In this document: positions 11,179 to 24,378 of the stretch, piece after piece
Layout of the letters: every line of letters begins with the position of its first letter
How positions within the stretch are numbered: position 1 is the stretch's first letter
DNA from: Octopus sinensis
Lineage: Eukaryota
Direction: 5' to 3'
DNA: 64,000 nt
Assembly: GCF_006345805.1 (NCBI RefSeq)
Contig: NC_043006.1
Span: forward strand, 97,154,001 to 97,218,000
The notes under the pieces: model-generated
What the model was told of the DNA's origin: nothing
The model's input: only the letters and a program-made list of their open reading frames with translations
Databases searched by the model: none
Position numbers and translations under genes: made by a program

Positions 11179-11603
11179 TATACACATTTATATATATATA
11201 TACATATACACATTTATATATATATACATATACACATTTATATATATAGATTTATATATATAATATACATATACACATTTATATATATACACATTATATA
11301 TATATACATATACACATTATATATATATATATATACACATTTATATATATATATATTATATATATATATACACATTTATATATATATATACACATTTATA
11401 TATATATACACATTTATATATATATATATATATACACATTTATATATATACATATACACATTTATATATATATACATATACACATTTATATATATATACA
11501 CATTTTATATAATATATATATATATACACATTTATATATATATATATTATATATATATACACTTTATATATATACATTTATATATATATATACATATACA
11601 CAT

Positions 11604-11635
<32 letters not shown>

Positions 11636-13366
11636 AAGATGTACCCAGTGTAAGCTATGGACACATAAGAGGTGCAGCAATGTCAAAGGTAGGCTAACTG
11701 GGAAGATAGTTTTTGTATGTGGCAGATGCTCGGGAGCATTAACCTCCGAAAATCTGCAGAAAACAACTTCCGTCACTTTCCAGGGGGAAAAACTAGAAGT
11801 AGTTGATAGCTTCCGTTATCTAGGTGACCAAGTCAGTAGTGGGGGTGGGTGCGCTGAAAGTGTAACTGCTAGAATAAGAATAGCCTGGGCAAAGTTTAGG
11901 GAGCTCTTACCTCTGCTGGTGACTAAAGGCCTCTCGCTCAGAGTAAAAGGCAGACTGTATGATGCGTGTGTACGAACAGCCATGCTACATGGCAGCGAAA
12001 CATGGGCTGTGACTGCTGAGGACATGCGTAAGCTCGTGAGGAATGAAGCCAGTATGCTCCGATGGATGTGTAATGTCAGTGTACATACTCGACAGAGCGT
12101 TAGCACCTTGAGAGAAATGTTGTACCTAAGAAGCATCAGTTGTGGTGTGCAAGAGAGACGATTGCGCTGGTATGGTCATGTGGCGAGAATGGATGAAGAT
12201 AGGTGTGTGAGAAAGTGCCAATCCCTAGCAGTTGAGGGAACCCGTGGAAGAGGTAGACCCAGGAAAACCTGGGACGAGGTGGTGAAGCACGACCTTCGAA
12301 CTTTAGGCCTCACTGAGGAAATGACCAGAGACCGAGACCTTTGGAAATATTCTGTACGTGAGAAGACCAGGCAGGACAAGTGAGCCCAGCCCACTTATGA
12401 ATGCCTTTCCTCCCTTGGACACAAAGACCGGTTGAGGCAAGCGAAGTCGATATAGAACCTCATCCGACGACAGACACCCATCCCAACCCCCCATGCTTGC
12501 GAAGACATGTTGGGGCAAGCGAAATCGAAATCGAAACCGAATTGAACCAGCCAGGATCCCTGGCCTGGTGGTACGTAAAAAGCACTATCCGACTCGGGGC
12601 CGTGGCACGTAAAATACTCCAATGCGACCGTACGACAGGCACCCATGCCAACCCCCTTTGCTTGTGAAGACAGTTGGGGCAAGCGAAATCGAAATCGAAT
12701 TGAACCAGCCAGGATCCCTGGTCTGGTGGTACGTAAAGCACTATCCGACTCGTGGCCGTGGCACGTAAAATACTCCAATGCGACCGTACGACAGGCACCC
12801 TTGCCAATCCCCTTTGCTGTGAAGACATGTTGGGGCAAGCGAAATCGAAATCGAATTGAACCAGCCAGTATCCCTGGTCTGGTGGTACGTAAAGCACTAT
12901 CCGACTCGTGGCCGTGGCACGTAAAATACTCCAATGCGACCGTACGACAGGCACCCTTGCCAACCCCCTTTGCTTGTGAAGACATGTTGGGGCAAGCGAA
13001 ATTGAAATCGAATCGAATTGAACCAGCCAGGATCCCTGGTCTGGTGGTACGTAAAAAGCACTATCCGACTCGTGGCCGATGCCAGCACCGCCTCGACTGG
13101 CTTCCGTGCCGGTGGCACATAAAATACACCAATCTGACCGTGGCCGTTGCCAGCCCCGCCTGGCACCTGTGCAGGTGGCACGTAAAAAGCACCCACTACA
13201 CTCACGGAGTGGTTGGCGTTAGGAAGGGCATCCAGCTGTAGAAACATTGCCAAATTAGACTGGAGCCTGGTGCAGCCTTCTGGCTTCCCAGAACCCCGGT
13301 CGAACCGTCCAACCCATGCTAGCATGGAGAACGGACGTTAAACGACGATGATGACGACGATGATGA
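11636..13366 (+). mobile_element. 5'-truncated RTE-clade LINE, copy 2 (tandem duplicate of copy 1)
   Basis: Same truncation point, identical 154-aa ORF, offset 2184 bp. Confidence 0.92.
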
Positions 13367-13444
13367 TATACATATACACATTTATATATATATACATATA
13401 CACATTTATATATATATACATATACACATTTATATATATAGATT

Positions 13445-13475
<31 letters not shown>

Positions 13476-13602
13476 CACATTTATTATATATATATATATA
13501 CATACACACACACACACACACAAATCACTAAACACAATCCACTACATATTCACAAACTACAAAGAATTCCCTACATATATATATAAAAATCACTGCACGC
13601 AA

Positions 13603-13633
<31 letters not shown>

Positions 13634-15897
13634 TAAGTGCATAATAAGTAGATTACTGCCAAACAGTATGAGGACAGGTGAGAAAATGCAGTAGAGTTTG
13701 CAAAGCCTGAAAGCCATCAGTCCTAATTTAACAGGTTTATTTACCAATACTGATTGAAACCAATAAAGTGAAGATCACAGTAGGGTGGAGAAGCGGGGAG
13801 AAGAGAAAATCTTTTCAAAATGAACAGCAATGTTAGTAATGAAATTGAAAGTCTTTGAAGCACATTTACATCATTATTGCTCAAACCAGCATTTGCTCCT
13901 CCTACGCCACCAGATTTTCTATACCCAACTTAATTATATTCCTTCTCCTTTAGCTGTTCCGTCTTTGCTTATATGAAAATAAATAAACAGCAAATATTTG
14001 CCTTTAAAATCCGAAGGTCAAGTGATCAAGTGCCTCCTAAGAAATTCAACTACCGACTAACAGGTTCATGGGAATTAATATCTGCAACAGACTCGTTGTT
14101 GCCTTTTGGCAAGACAATTCTCAAGTGACTCCTTGCCATCGAACTCTTAGTAGAATACATACCTATCTATTCTTAAATCCTAAAACTGAGCTCAGAGATA
14201 GAAACAGTCCTATATAAAAGGATCTATCTCCTCTTGAGCTCTAATTCTATCAAGAAAGTCTACCCCCCTTGAAACTCCTGAGCACTGAGCTTATCGGATA
14301 CTTGAAAGGAATGCTCAGGTAATATCACTATAGACCAGATGGCATTGAATTCAAATCTTATTACATCCACTTTGTTGTACTAAACTTCATGAATGTCCCG
14401 GGGTGGCAAAATGATCCTATGCTACTTTCTCATACAAACACTATACAAGCAATATACTAATACCTAACAATGTAGGGAACTGGAGTGACCAGGGGGACAC
14501 AGTTCACAGAAAAGGTTGCAAACAACAACGAAAGAACTTTCACACAAACAACCAATACATTAAGCCTCTGCCAAATTTAATATTTACCCAAATTATTTTC
14601 AACTAATCATTTACCATCTCCTAGCTCTGAGATCTTGATGATGATATTGTCTATTTTTTGAATTACATTGTAGGACAGGTGTGAAAGGCTGAATCTGGCC
14701 ATTTTGAACATAAAACAAATATCTTGGCCGGATATGACCAGTTTAAATGCTAAAGGGTCAAACAAATGATTGATTAGTTAGATATCAAATTTAATGCTTT
14801 TTTATTCACATTGTTTTGAATTAATCATATATTGTCTCATTGTTTTGAGATTTCAATGATGTGGTTTGTTTCTTTTTAGAATGACACAAGGTAAGTTTAA
14901 GAAGCTGGGTTTGGCCATTTTTACCAAAGTTGAACATTTGGATCAGGTACGGCCAATTTAAATGCTAAAAATTTAACCAACTGACTAATAATAATGAAGT
15001 GGGATCAAACCTGTGCATGTGTTATTGGCATAATGACTCTCCAAGACAAAATAGGTTTCAATACACAATTTCATATCAAGAATCTTGCAGACTAAACACA
15101 AAAGCAAAATTATTACTATCCAAATTCATATATAACTGTCCTAACCGACAGAAAGCAAGTTTAAAAAAAACAGAAAATTTCCAGTTAAGAGATTTTAGTT
15201 TTGGCTCTGTACATGAACCAACAACACTGAATCAGTTTATCCAATATAACACGAAATCTTTTAGCTAAGGACTGCATCCGCATATCAATTTGTTCACTCC
15301 ACATTCTGCTCATCCAACGATGATAAAAAAAAAAAAAAAGAGGGAGAAATGGTTTAGAAATATTTACAATCCTTTAGCAAGGTTGATGGAATCTCATCTA
15401 AATTTATCAGTATGTTTATTAGGAGTAAGAACTCTTCTAAGAGAGTGAATAGATTCAACAAAGTCTATTAATACCAAGTTTATTGCAAACTGCCTGGCCT
15501 TACAAAGAAAACCTACTCAAACATTCAGTTAAGACTCAAGCCTGGCTTTTCACTTCAAGTAAAATATCAGCAAAAGATGTATAATCACCTTAGATAATTA
15601 ATTCACTTAGCAACACACACATCTTAAAAAGTAAAAGACAGCTTTGCTGGTCATTATAGATTCTTCCTTAATTTAACCGTTTGGCATTTAAATCCATCAT
15701 ATTCAGCCTGTTTAATGTTCAAACTTATCTAGATCTGGCCTTTCACACCTACAATGTCATTCTAAAAATAAACCATTCGGTCATTGAAATCTCAAAGCCA
15801 CAAAATGCTGCGTAATTCAAAACAATGTACATAAGCATTACATTTAACAGGCTAACCAGAATGCCAGAGGGTTAAAAGCTCATTATCATTTAACAGA

Positions 15898-16111
15898 TTT
15901 CTTTATTGCTCACAAGGGGCTAAACATAGAGGGGACAAACAAGGACAAAGGGATTAAGTCAATTACATTGACCCCAGTGCGTAATTTATCGACCCCGAAA
16001 GAATGAAAGGCAAAGTCGACCACGGCGGAATTTGAACTCAGAACAACGGCAGACGAAATACCGCTAAGCATTTCGCACAGCGTGCTAACGTTTCTGCCAG
16101 CTCGCCGCCTT
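15898..16111 (-). mobile_element. tRNA-derived SINE family B (Meta-domain-like). Also ~29713-29920(-), 41071-41300(-), 41548-41741(-) and decayed copies at 37330-38600
   Basis: Head GGCGGCGAGCTGGCAGAAACGTTAGC..GAGTTCAAATT; central GACTTTGCCTTTCATCCTTTCGGGGTCGATAAA; tail AATAAAGAAATA. Confidence 0.85.
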
Positions 16112-16510
16112 GCAAATTAAATTATCATTTAACATCTGCCTTCCATGCTAGCATGGGTTGGACAGTTTGACAGGAACCATCCAGGCAGGGACCTGCACTA
16201 GACCTGTGTGTCTGTTTTGGCACGGCTTTTACGGCTGGATGCCCTTCCTAACACCAACCACATAGCATTTAATGATGAGCCACAACAAACTGATAGCTGC
16301 AAGCAAAACATGAGAAGCAGTATGAATTTCCCAATATCTTGGGAGAACCGGGCAACAGTGAATTTGCGTAGTTGTTAGAACATCAGATAGAATGCATAGC
16401 AGTTATCTGCTTCAATTCTCTGCATTCTTGGTTCAAATCTAGCCAAGGTCAACTTTGCCTTCCATCCTTTCAAGGATTGATAGAACAAAGCACTTCTCTA
16501 GAACAATGAA

Positions 16511-16823
16511 TTGTGAAAGTGTGTGGCTCAGTGGTTAGGGTGGTCAGCACATGATCATAAGGTCACTAGTTCGATTTCTGGTGGCACATTGTGTCCTTGA
16601 GCAAGACCCTTCATTTCCCATTGCTCCAGTCCACTCAGCTGGCAAAACAGAGTAGTACCTGTAGTTCAAGGGATCAGCCTCATCACATTGTGTGTCATGC
16701 TGAGTCTCCCCGAAAACTACAAGAAGGGTACGTGTGTCTTTGGAGTGCACGTTAATTCTACAAACTGATTGTTCCGTTGATCGGATCAACTGGAACCCCT
16801 ATTGTTATAACTGATAGTATGCC
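16511..16823 (+). mobile_element. tRNA-derived SINE family C
   Basis: GTGGCTCAGTGGTTAG A-box, GTTCGATT B-box, GTGTCCTTGAGCAAGAC core. Confidence 0.7.
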
Positions 16824-17594
16824 ATGGATTAGTAGAAGTGTAACAATATCAAACTCAATGAGCTACTGTATCTTTACTGGTTCTTTGCATCCAGAGTTCA
16901 AATCCTACCACGGTCTACTTGGGTGCAAGGCTTAACCTGTTGCCAAATTTAGCCCTACTACCTGACACTTTAGTGGAGCCCACTCTGCCGCACATGCATT
17001 CAGGCCATCCCTTTGATTTAAGGATAACTGTCACCAATGGAAGCCCTGTATAAAGGGTCCATCATGCACATGTTTTGTGAACAAATTAATCTAATCTAAC
17101 CTGACCCTAAGATAACATGAATATTGTAAGATGACAACCAAGAGACAAAAGTATTGTATGCTTTACATCCTCATTTAGTAAATTTAAATTTAGAAAAAAA
17201 AAAAAAGCTTTGCCTTTTCACAGAAACAGGGTGTTTGCATTAATCGCCTACATTTAGATTTTTTTTTCTTTAATCTCTTGGAGATAAAATTTTCTTATTT
17301 GTATTACAGATATGCAGGTTTCGAGAAATCATGTTCAACAGACATAGTAAATGATTTGAATGAAATGACTTGATTAATTTACATTAAAATCTGCCAAAGA
17401 TGCAAATTCAGTTACAATGCTTGCTGCATAGCTAAATGGTTAATGTAGGAAAGAACATTGAAATTACTTCCATTAGTTATGCAAATGCCTTATATTTTCC
17501 AAGCCATTTAAACATGTAATGCTTACAGTTCCTCACATAACACACACACACAGAAGACAGATTTGCAGAAGCATGGATTTTATAATATAATATA

Positions 17595-17745
17595 CTAGCC
17601 GTCTCGCCCGGCGTTGCTCAGGTTTGTAAGGGAAATAACTATATAAGCATTTTTAGAGTTACTTCCCTTATATAAAACCGAGTAAAAAATGCATTAAAAA
17701 AACAAAAAAATGATGGTAATATTTTTTTTAAATCGTAGAATCATA
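17595..17745 (-). mobile_element. Helitron 3' fragment (same family)
   Basis: CTAG end plus hairpin; 5'-truncated. Confidence 0.75.
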
Positions 17746-19490
17746 TATATAAGAGGGGTGTGTGTGTGTATTAGTTCCAGATGTGATATTAAGACCATGA
17801 CTGTGCTCAAGTTTGATCTTTTTAGTATTTTGCTGAACCACTAAGTCATGGGGGTATAAACACACCAACATCAGTAGTGGAAAACAAACAGACATATATG
17901 CACATATGTGCATACACACACAAGCTTCTTTTAGTTTCTGCCCTACTAAATCCATTCACAAGGCTTTGGTTGGTCCATGACTATAGTAGAAGACACTTAC
18001 TCAAAGTGTCACACCGTGGAACTGAACCCATAATCATGTGGTTGGGAAGGAAGCTATTTACCACTCAGCCACAACTGCGCCGAGTGTTGCTTGTTTTTAG
18101 TTCTCTTTATAATTACTTCTGGGTTGTTTGGAGTTGGTTGGAAAGGGAAATGATTAACTTGCTTGGAAACTGGTGGCAGTAACATCTGGTAGGGCATCCA
18201 ACTGTACAAAACTGACCCATGCAACCATGGAAAAGTAAATGTTAAAACAACAAAGATATAAGTGTGGCTGTGTGGTAAGAAGCTTGCTTCCCAACCACAT
18301 GGTTATGGGTTCAATCCCACTGCATGGCATCTTAGGCAAGTGTCTTCTACTACAGCCTTGGGCCAACCAAAGCCTTGTGAGTGGAGTTGGTAGACAGAAA
18401 CTGAAAGAAGCTTGTCCTCTGTGTGTGTGTGTCCACCCCACCTGCCCAATCACTGCTTGACAAGTGGTGGAGTTTTTATATCCCCATAACTTAGCAGCTC
18501 AGCAAAAGAGACTAATAGAATAAGTACTAGGCTTAAAAAAAAAAAAAAGTCCTGGGGTTGATTTGCTTGACTAAAACCCTTCAAAGTGGTGCTCCAGCAT
18601 GGCTGCAGTCAGATGACTGAAACAAGTAAAAGAATATAGTCCATTTGTAGCTAGTGCTTCAGAGCCACTAAAACTAATGTTCTCTGTTGCTTACTATCTT
18701 ACAAAATAACTGATAGTACTCTAACCTGGTGGCCACTAACAACTTGGTGTAAGGAACCGAGATCTGTGTGTGTGTGTGTGTTAAATTGCTTACAGCAAAT
18801 ACATCTGCTTCATCGATAATATTTTAGCTTTGAGCAAAATCCAATTAGAAAAAATATAAAAGCAAATGTCTGAATTTGAATTAAAAAAACAGAAACTTAA
18901 TTAAATCTAAAGACTAAATTTTATTAGAACTTTCATTTGCTTTAAAAATAAGCGATCTTTAGAGAAGTTAAAGAAATGACAAATTTCAACTTTATGCTTC
19001 CAGTATTGTCTCCCTATCAACTAATAAAAAAAATTTTTTAAATATGAATTTGCAATCACAACATCATAGCCATTATTACTATGACAGTAATTTTCAACAC
19101 TAACAGAATGGATAATTCTACAGTACAACAGACCACCAAACACTATTCCTGGCAGTTTCCTTGAACTCTAGTTTTCATTTATGTAATCTTAAATGCTAAT
19201 TTGTAAAAGGTAGCACCAGTAATTACAGGTAATTACAGGTAGCCGCCAACAGGCCAATCACTGGTTCACTGTATTTCTTACAGTCAAAGTTTCAAGAATG
19301 GTGTTTGTAACCCATGCAAAACAAATATTACAAGAGACATAGAAGGCCACTGTTCTATATTGTCTATAGTTCAACAGCAGCTGATGAAATGAACAATCTC
19401 CAAAACATCTAGATGTATTGTGAGATACCTTGTGGTGTGTATTCCAGATTTTCTACATGTGGGTGTTCTGCGGTGTTTTTTCTAATTCAT

Positions 19491-19955
19491 TTTGCCAGCC
19501 TCATCTGGCACCTGTGTCGGTGGCACATAAAAACACCATCCGAGCGCGGCCGTCTGCCAGCCTCGTCTGGCACCTGTGTCGGTGGCACATAAAAACACCA
19601 TCCGAGTGTGGCCGTCTGCCAGCCTCGTCTGGCACCTGTGTCGGTGGCACATAAAAAAACACCATCCGAGCGTGGCCGTCTGCCAGCCTCGTCTGGCACC
19701 TGTGTCGGTGGCACATAAAAAACACCATCCGAGCGTGGCCGTTTGCCAGCCTCGTCTGGCACCTGTGTCGGTGGCACATAAAATCACCCACTACACTCTC
19801 GGAGTGGTTGGCGTTAGGAAGGGCATCCAGCTGTAGAAACACTGCCAGATCTGACTGGACTGGTGCAGCTTTCGGGCTCCCCAGACCCCAGTTGAACCGT
19901 CCAACCCATGCTAGCATGGAAAGCGGACGTTAAATGATGATGATGATGATGATGA
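19491..19955 (+). mobile_element. RTE 3' end with a ~62-bp tandem array (about 5 units, 19493-19783)
   Basis: TGCCAGCCTCGTCTGGCA unit at 19493, 19555, 19617, 19681 and 19744, then GGCGTTAGGAAGGGCATCCAGC and a (GAT)n tail. Confidence 0.88.
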
Positions 19956-20281
19956 TAGCCATGTAGTTAAAGTACTGATTACCGATTTAGTTGCAGTGCA
20001 CTCTAGGTAATTAACACTTGCGATGCCAATTCACCCAAGATGACTTGTTTCCATGATACAAGCTTCCCTTTTAAGAGGTAAACTTCCATCAAAATTTCAG
20101 CTTAATAATGACAAAATTCTTCAGTAGTTTCAAAAAAAGCAACGTAATTCAACAAAAATACAATAAATGACTTAATCCTTTAGCATTCAGATTTCTCTGT
20201 CAAACATAATGCTTATTCATGGTTTTGAATTAATCATACATTATTTCATAGCTTCAAGATTTTGAAGTGATTATTTTTAGA

Positions 20282-20516
20282 CTGCCAGGCTCCAGTCTGA
20301 TCTGGCAGTGCTTCTACAGCTGGATGCCCTTCCTAATGCCAACCACCCACTACACTCATGGAGTGGCTGGCGTTAGGAAGGGCATCCAGCTGTAGAAACA
20401 CTGCCAGATCAGACTGGAGCCTAGTGCAGCCTCCTGGCTTCCCAGATTCCGGTCGAACCGTCCAACCCATCCTAGCATGGAAAACGGACGTTAAATGATG
20501 ATGATGATGATGACGA
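20282..20516 (+). mobile_element. RTE 3' end with a fold-back inverted duplication, inserted in a piggyBac-like MITE
   Basis: Arms 20287-20346 and 20363-20422; (GAT)n tail. Confidence 0.85.
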
Positions 20517-22363
20517 CATTGTAGCAAAGGTGTTGGAAGCCAGATGCAGTCAGTTTGAACTTATAAAACAAGAATATTTTGGCCAGATATGGCTGGTTTA
20601 AATGCTAAAGAATTAATTATGGTAGAAGCAGTTGCTTAGTGAGAGTGAACTTGAAACCAGGTGGCTGCAAAGCAAACCCCTTAATACAGTGATACCTGTG
20701 GCCACCAATTCTTATGCTCTTGCTTGACCTCTTTCACATTCAAGAATGCCTCTTGCCTCACACTCAGACACCCATGTTTACATTCTACAAAAACATTTCT
20801 CCTGATAGTCAGCTATTTCTTCAACCCAACCACTTTTGTTGTAGCCAACTTGCATCTGTCATAGCAAATGTATCATGTAAAAAGAATCCAGACCACACTG
20901 TGGAGCGGTTAGCATTTGGAAGGTATCTAGCTGTAAAAACCATGCCAAAACTCACCTCACCTGTACCGGTGCCATATAAAAAGCACTCCGTCCACTCTAC
21001 AGGGTGGTTGGTGTTAGGAAGGACATCCAGCCACAAAAACCATGCCAAAACAGACACAGTAGCCTGGTGTAGCCTTCTAACTGGCTGGGTCCTGTCAAAT
21101 CATCTAAACCCTGCCAGCATGGAAGACGGACATTAAATGATGATGGTAATATCATCAATTATTGTGGCATTGATCCATCTTTATACCAACACTCATCCAC
21201 ACTTAATCCTATCGTTAATGTATTTCTAGCCAAAATAGATAACCTCCTTGACAATGTGCTTCAATTTAATTCAAAAGAAATCAAAAACTTCAACTGGTTT
21301 TGTAAAACGACAATTTTTTTTTTTTCCTTTTTACTTATTCACATATAAAACATGGCTTCTGGAATTTATCTTAAGAGGCTTTTGAATCTATATGATTTTT
21401 GTCTGAAAACGTATCCAATTACAGGTAGATACAGTAAAAACGTAACAGATTTCGCTTAAATAACTCCATATAAAATTAGTTGTCAGCTAATATTCAGCTG
21501 GGTATACAACAAAACAGTAATATAGAAGAATCACACACATTATTGGATTTTTAATTGAACATAAATGCATATAAAACAGGTGCATCATAAAAGATAGCTC
21601 AAAATACTGGAATTTATGTCTGAGGGAAATACAAAACAAAATCAATTTATACATACACACATACATACAAGACATGTACACTGATTCACTAATATAATTA
21701 ATCAAAATTTGTCATCCACCTTACAGGTAAATTGAAATTACAAATAAAATTAAAAACTGAAAACATAGTAAGCTTGAAAAAGTATTTTATAAAATCAAAT
21801 TATATATACACAAATTAAGCAATATTTCTGTCATAGAAACTTGTATTAAATCTCACTACATAACACAACCTTGAAAGCACAAAGTTATTGGCATTTTCAA
21901 CACAGTTTGAGATTTTTTTTTTTAAACATTTTTTATTTTTGTTTTCCTTTTATGGGAGATTGGCTGAATTCAAAAAGATATATCCTTCTGAAAGGCCTTC
22001 CTTTCCCACTAATTTTTTTCAATGAACTGCTGGATCTCAACTACATTACAACATCTAATTGGAACTATAGATGGTCACATTGCTTTTGAGCCTCTCACTA
22101 TGGGAAATATAGTAAACACATTCACCTATGCACCTTTGTGTGCGTGTGCATTTTACATTTTATTACACTTGCCACAGAAGAGAAGAGGGTATGTTCACCT
22201 TGAAATCTTTGCCATTTGGTACGGTGCCTAGTCCTCTCCTTCACGAAGTCCAATTCCCCTAAGATCCATCTTTAGCACTTCTAACCTCATCTTCTCCAGT
22301 CCCAGTTCCTTCCACATGGACCACTCGGCTGTCACCCCCCCCACTACCACATGAATCATTTAC

Positions 22364-22384
22364 CTGAGACCGGAACAGTCTCCT
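22364..22384 (-). CDS. Candidate 21-nt in-frame microexon of MIS12 (RRLFRSQ)
   Basis: Pyrimidine-rich 134-nt intron after exon 4 ending tgtgctacag; donor CAG|GTAAAT; phase 0-0, compatible with exons 4 and 5. Confidence 0.4.
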
Positions 22385-22518
22385 CTGTAGCACACTAACA
22401 TGAATGTGAAGACAGACAACAGAGTGAAAGAGAATGCAAGTACAGGAAGCAAAGGAGTATGACACAGGCAAGAGAGACAAAGGTAACCAAGGGAGCAAAA
22501 AGGAAGTTATCTACTCAC

Positions 22519-22659
22519 CGCCCAGACTTTCATTTTTAAGTCATCAATTTCTGCATCGAGGAGAGATTCTTCTTGTTGGGTATATTGATTCATTTGCGGG
22601 GTATCTTCATTTAGCAGAATATAGGGTGGAATACTCAAGATATTCTTTGAAACATAAGA
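22519..22659 (-). CDS. MIS12: MIS12 homolog, coding exon 4 (SYVSKNILSIPPYILLNEDTPQMNQYTQQEESLLDAEIDDLKMKVWA)
   Basis: Acceptor gtttttcag, donor GTGAGT; 141 nt, phase 0-0. ILSIPPYILLNED resembles the Mis12 ILRIPSNILLPED motif. Confidence 0.92.
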
Positions 22660-23865
22660 CTGAAAAACAATTAACATTCCATGAATGTGGAGTTCAGATG
22701 AGAAAGCTGGAGGCAAAAACGCCACCAGGGATCTGTAACAAAACCGAGATCAAATGACACAGACAAGAATATGAATCAGCCCCTTAGCTTTCAGATTTGT
22801 CAAATGTAATGCTAATTTCCTTTTTTTTTTTTTGTTTCTTTTACCCTTTTACTGGTTTCAGGAGCTCAATTAACCCTTTCATTACCAACCTGGCTGAAAC
22901 CGGCTCTGACTGAGTATAAATGTCTTGTTTACATAAGTTTTGAATTAAAATCTTCCACCAAACCTTAGTCACAGTTTATGTTCCTAACACTAGCTTAATG
23001 ATAACGAAGTTATTTTACTTAATTCTTTGTTATATTTCAGTCAAACAAATCGACCCCAGGACATTTTTTGTAAGGCTGGTAATCATTCTATCAGTATCTT
23101 TTGTTGAACCACCAAGTTACAGGGACATAAACACACCAACATTGGTTGTCAAGCAATGGAAGGGGAGGGGCTCAAGCACAGACACAGAGATACGCACACA
23201 CACACATACATACAACAGGCTTCTTTCAGTTCCTGTCTACAAAATACACTCACAAGGCCTTGGTCGACCTGAGGCTATAGTAGAAGACACTTGCACAAGG
23301 CGCCAAACAATGGGACTGAACCCAAAACCATGTGGTTGAGAAGCAAGCTTCTTACCACACAGCCTATATTCATTCACATTGTTTTGTATTAATTATGCAT
23401 TAGTTTCTAGCTTCAAGGTTTCGGTGGTGTGTTCAAAATGCTAGTGGCACACAAGAGCATTGGGCCTCAGGAAGGCAGTAACAGGTGACCAAGATCTTTG
23501 GCAATATACCTTGCTTGTGTAGACCTGTCAAGCAGAGACCATAGTTATGGCTGATGGCACATAAAAATCACCCACTACACTCTCCGAGTGGTTGGTGTTA
23601 GGAAGGGTATCCAGCCACAGAAACTTGGCCAAATCAGATCAGAACATGGTGCACATGCCGCCCAGGCTCACCAGTTTTCAGTCAAACTGGCCAACCCCTG
23701 CCAACATGGAAAGCAGACGTTAAATGGTGATGATGATGACACTGTAGGGAACACACAAGAGGTCGGATCTGTCAGTTTGAGCATAAAACACAGAATATTA
23801 GGGCAGGTTATGGCCAGTTTAAATGCTAAAGGGTCTAAAATAGACAGAAAAACAAAATGGGAACA

Positions 23866-24378
23866 TGAGTGGCAGTGTGGTAAGTAGCTTGCTAACCAAC
23901 CACATGGTTCCAGGTTCAGTCCCACTGCGTGGCATCTTGGGCAAGTGTCTTCTGCTATAGCCCCGGGCCGACCAATGCCTTGTGAGTGGATTTGGTAGAC
24001 GGAAACTGAAAGAAGCCTGTCGTATATATATATTGCCAGATCTGACTGGCCTGGTGCAGCCTTCGGGCTTGCCAGACCCCAGTTGAACCGTCCAACCCAT
24101 GCTAGCAGGGAAAGTGGACGTTAAACGATGATGATGATGATGATGTATGTGTGTGTGTTTGTGCGTCTGTGTTTGTCCCCCTAGCATTGCTTGACAACCG
24201 ATGTTGGTGTGTTTACGTCCCCGTCACTTAGCGGTTCGGCAAAAAGAGACCGATAGAATAAGTACTGGGCTTACAAAAGAATAAGTCCCGGGGTCGATTT
24301 GCTCGACTAAAGGCGGTGCTCCAGCATGGCCGCAGTCAAATGACTGAAACAAGTAAAAGAGTAAAGAGTAAAAGAGAG
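23866..24378 (+). mobile_element. SINE family A with an RTE tail inserted in its central microsatellite
   Basis: Family match interrupted at 24033-24144. Confidence 0.88.
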
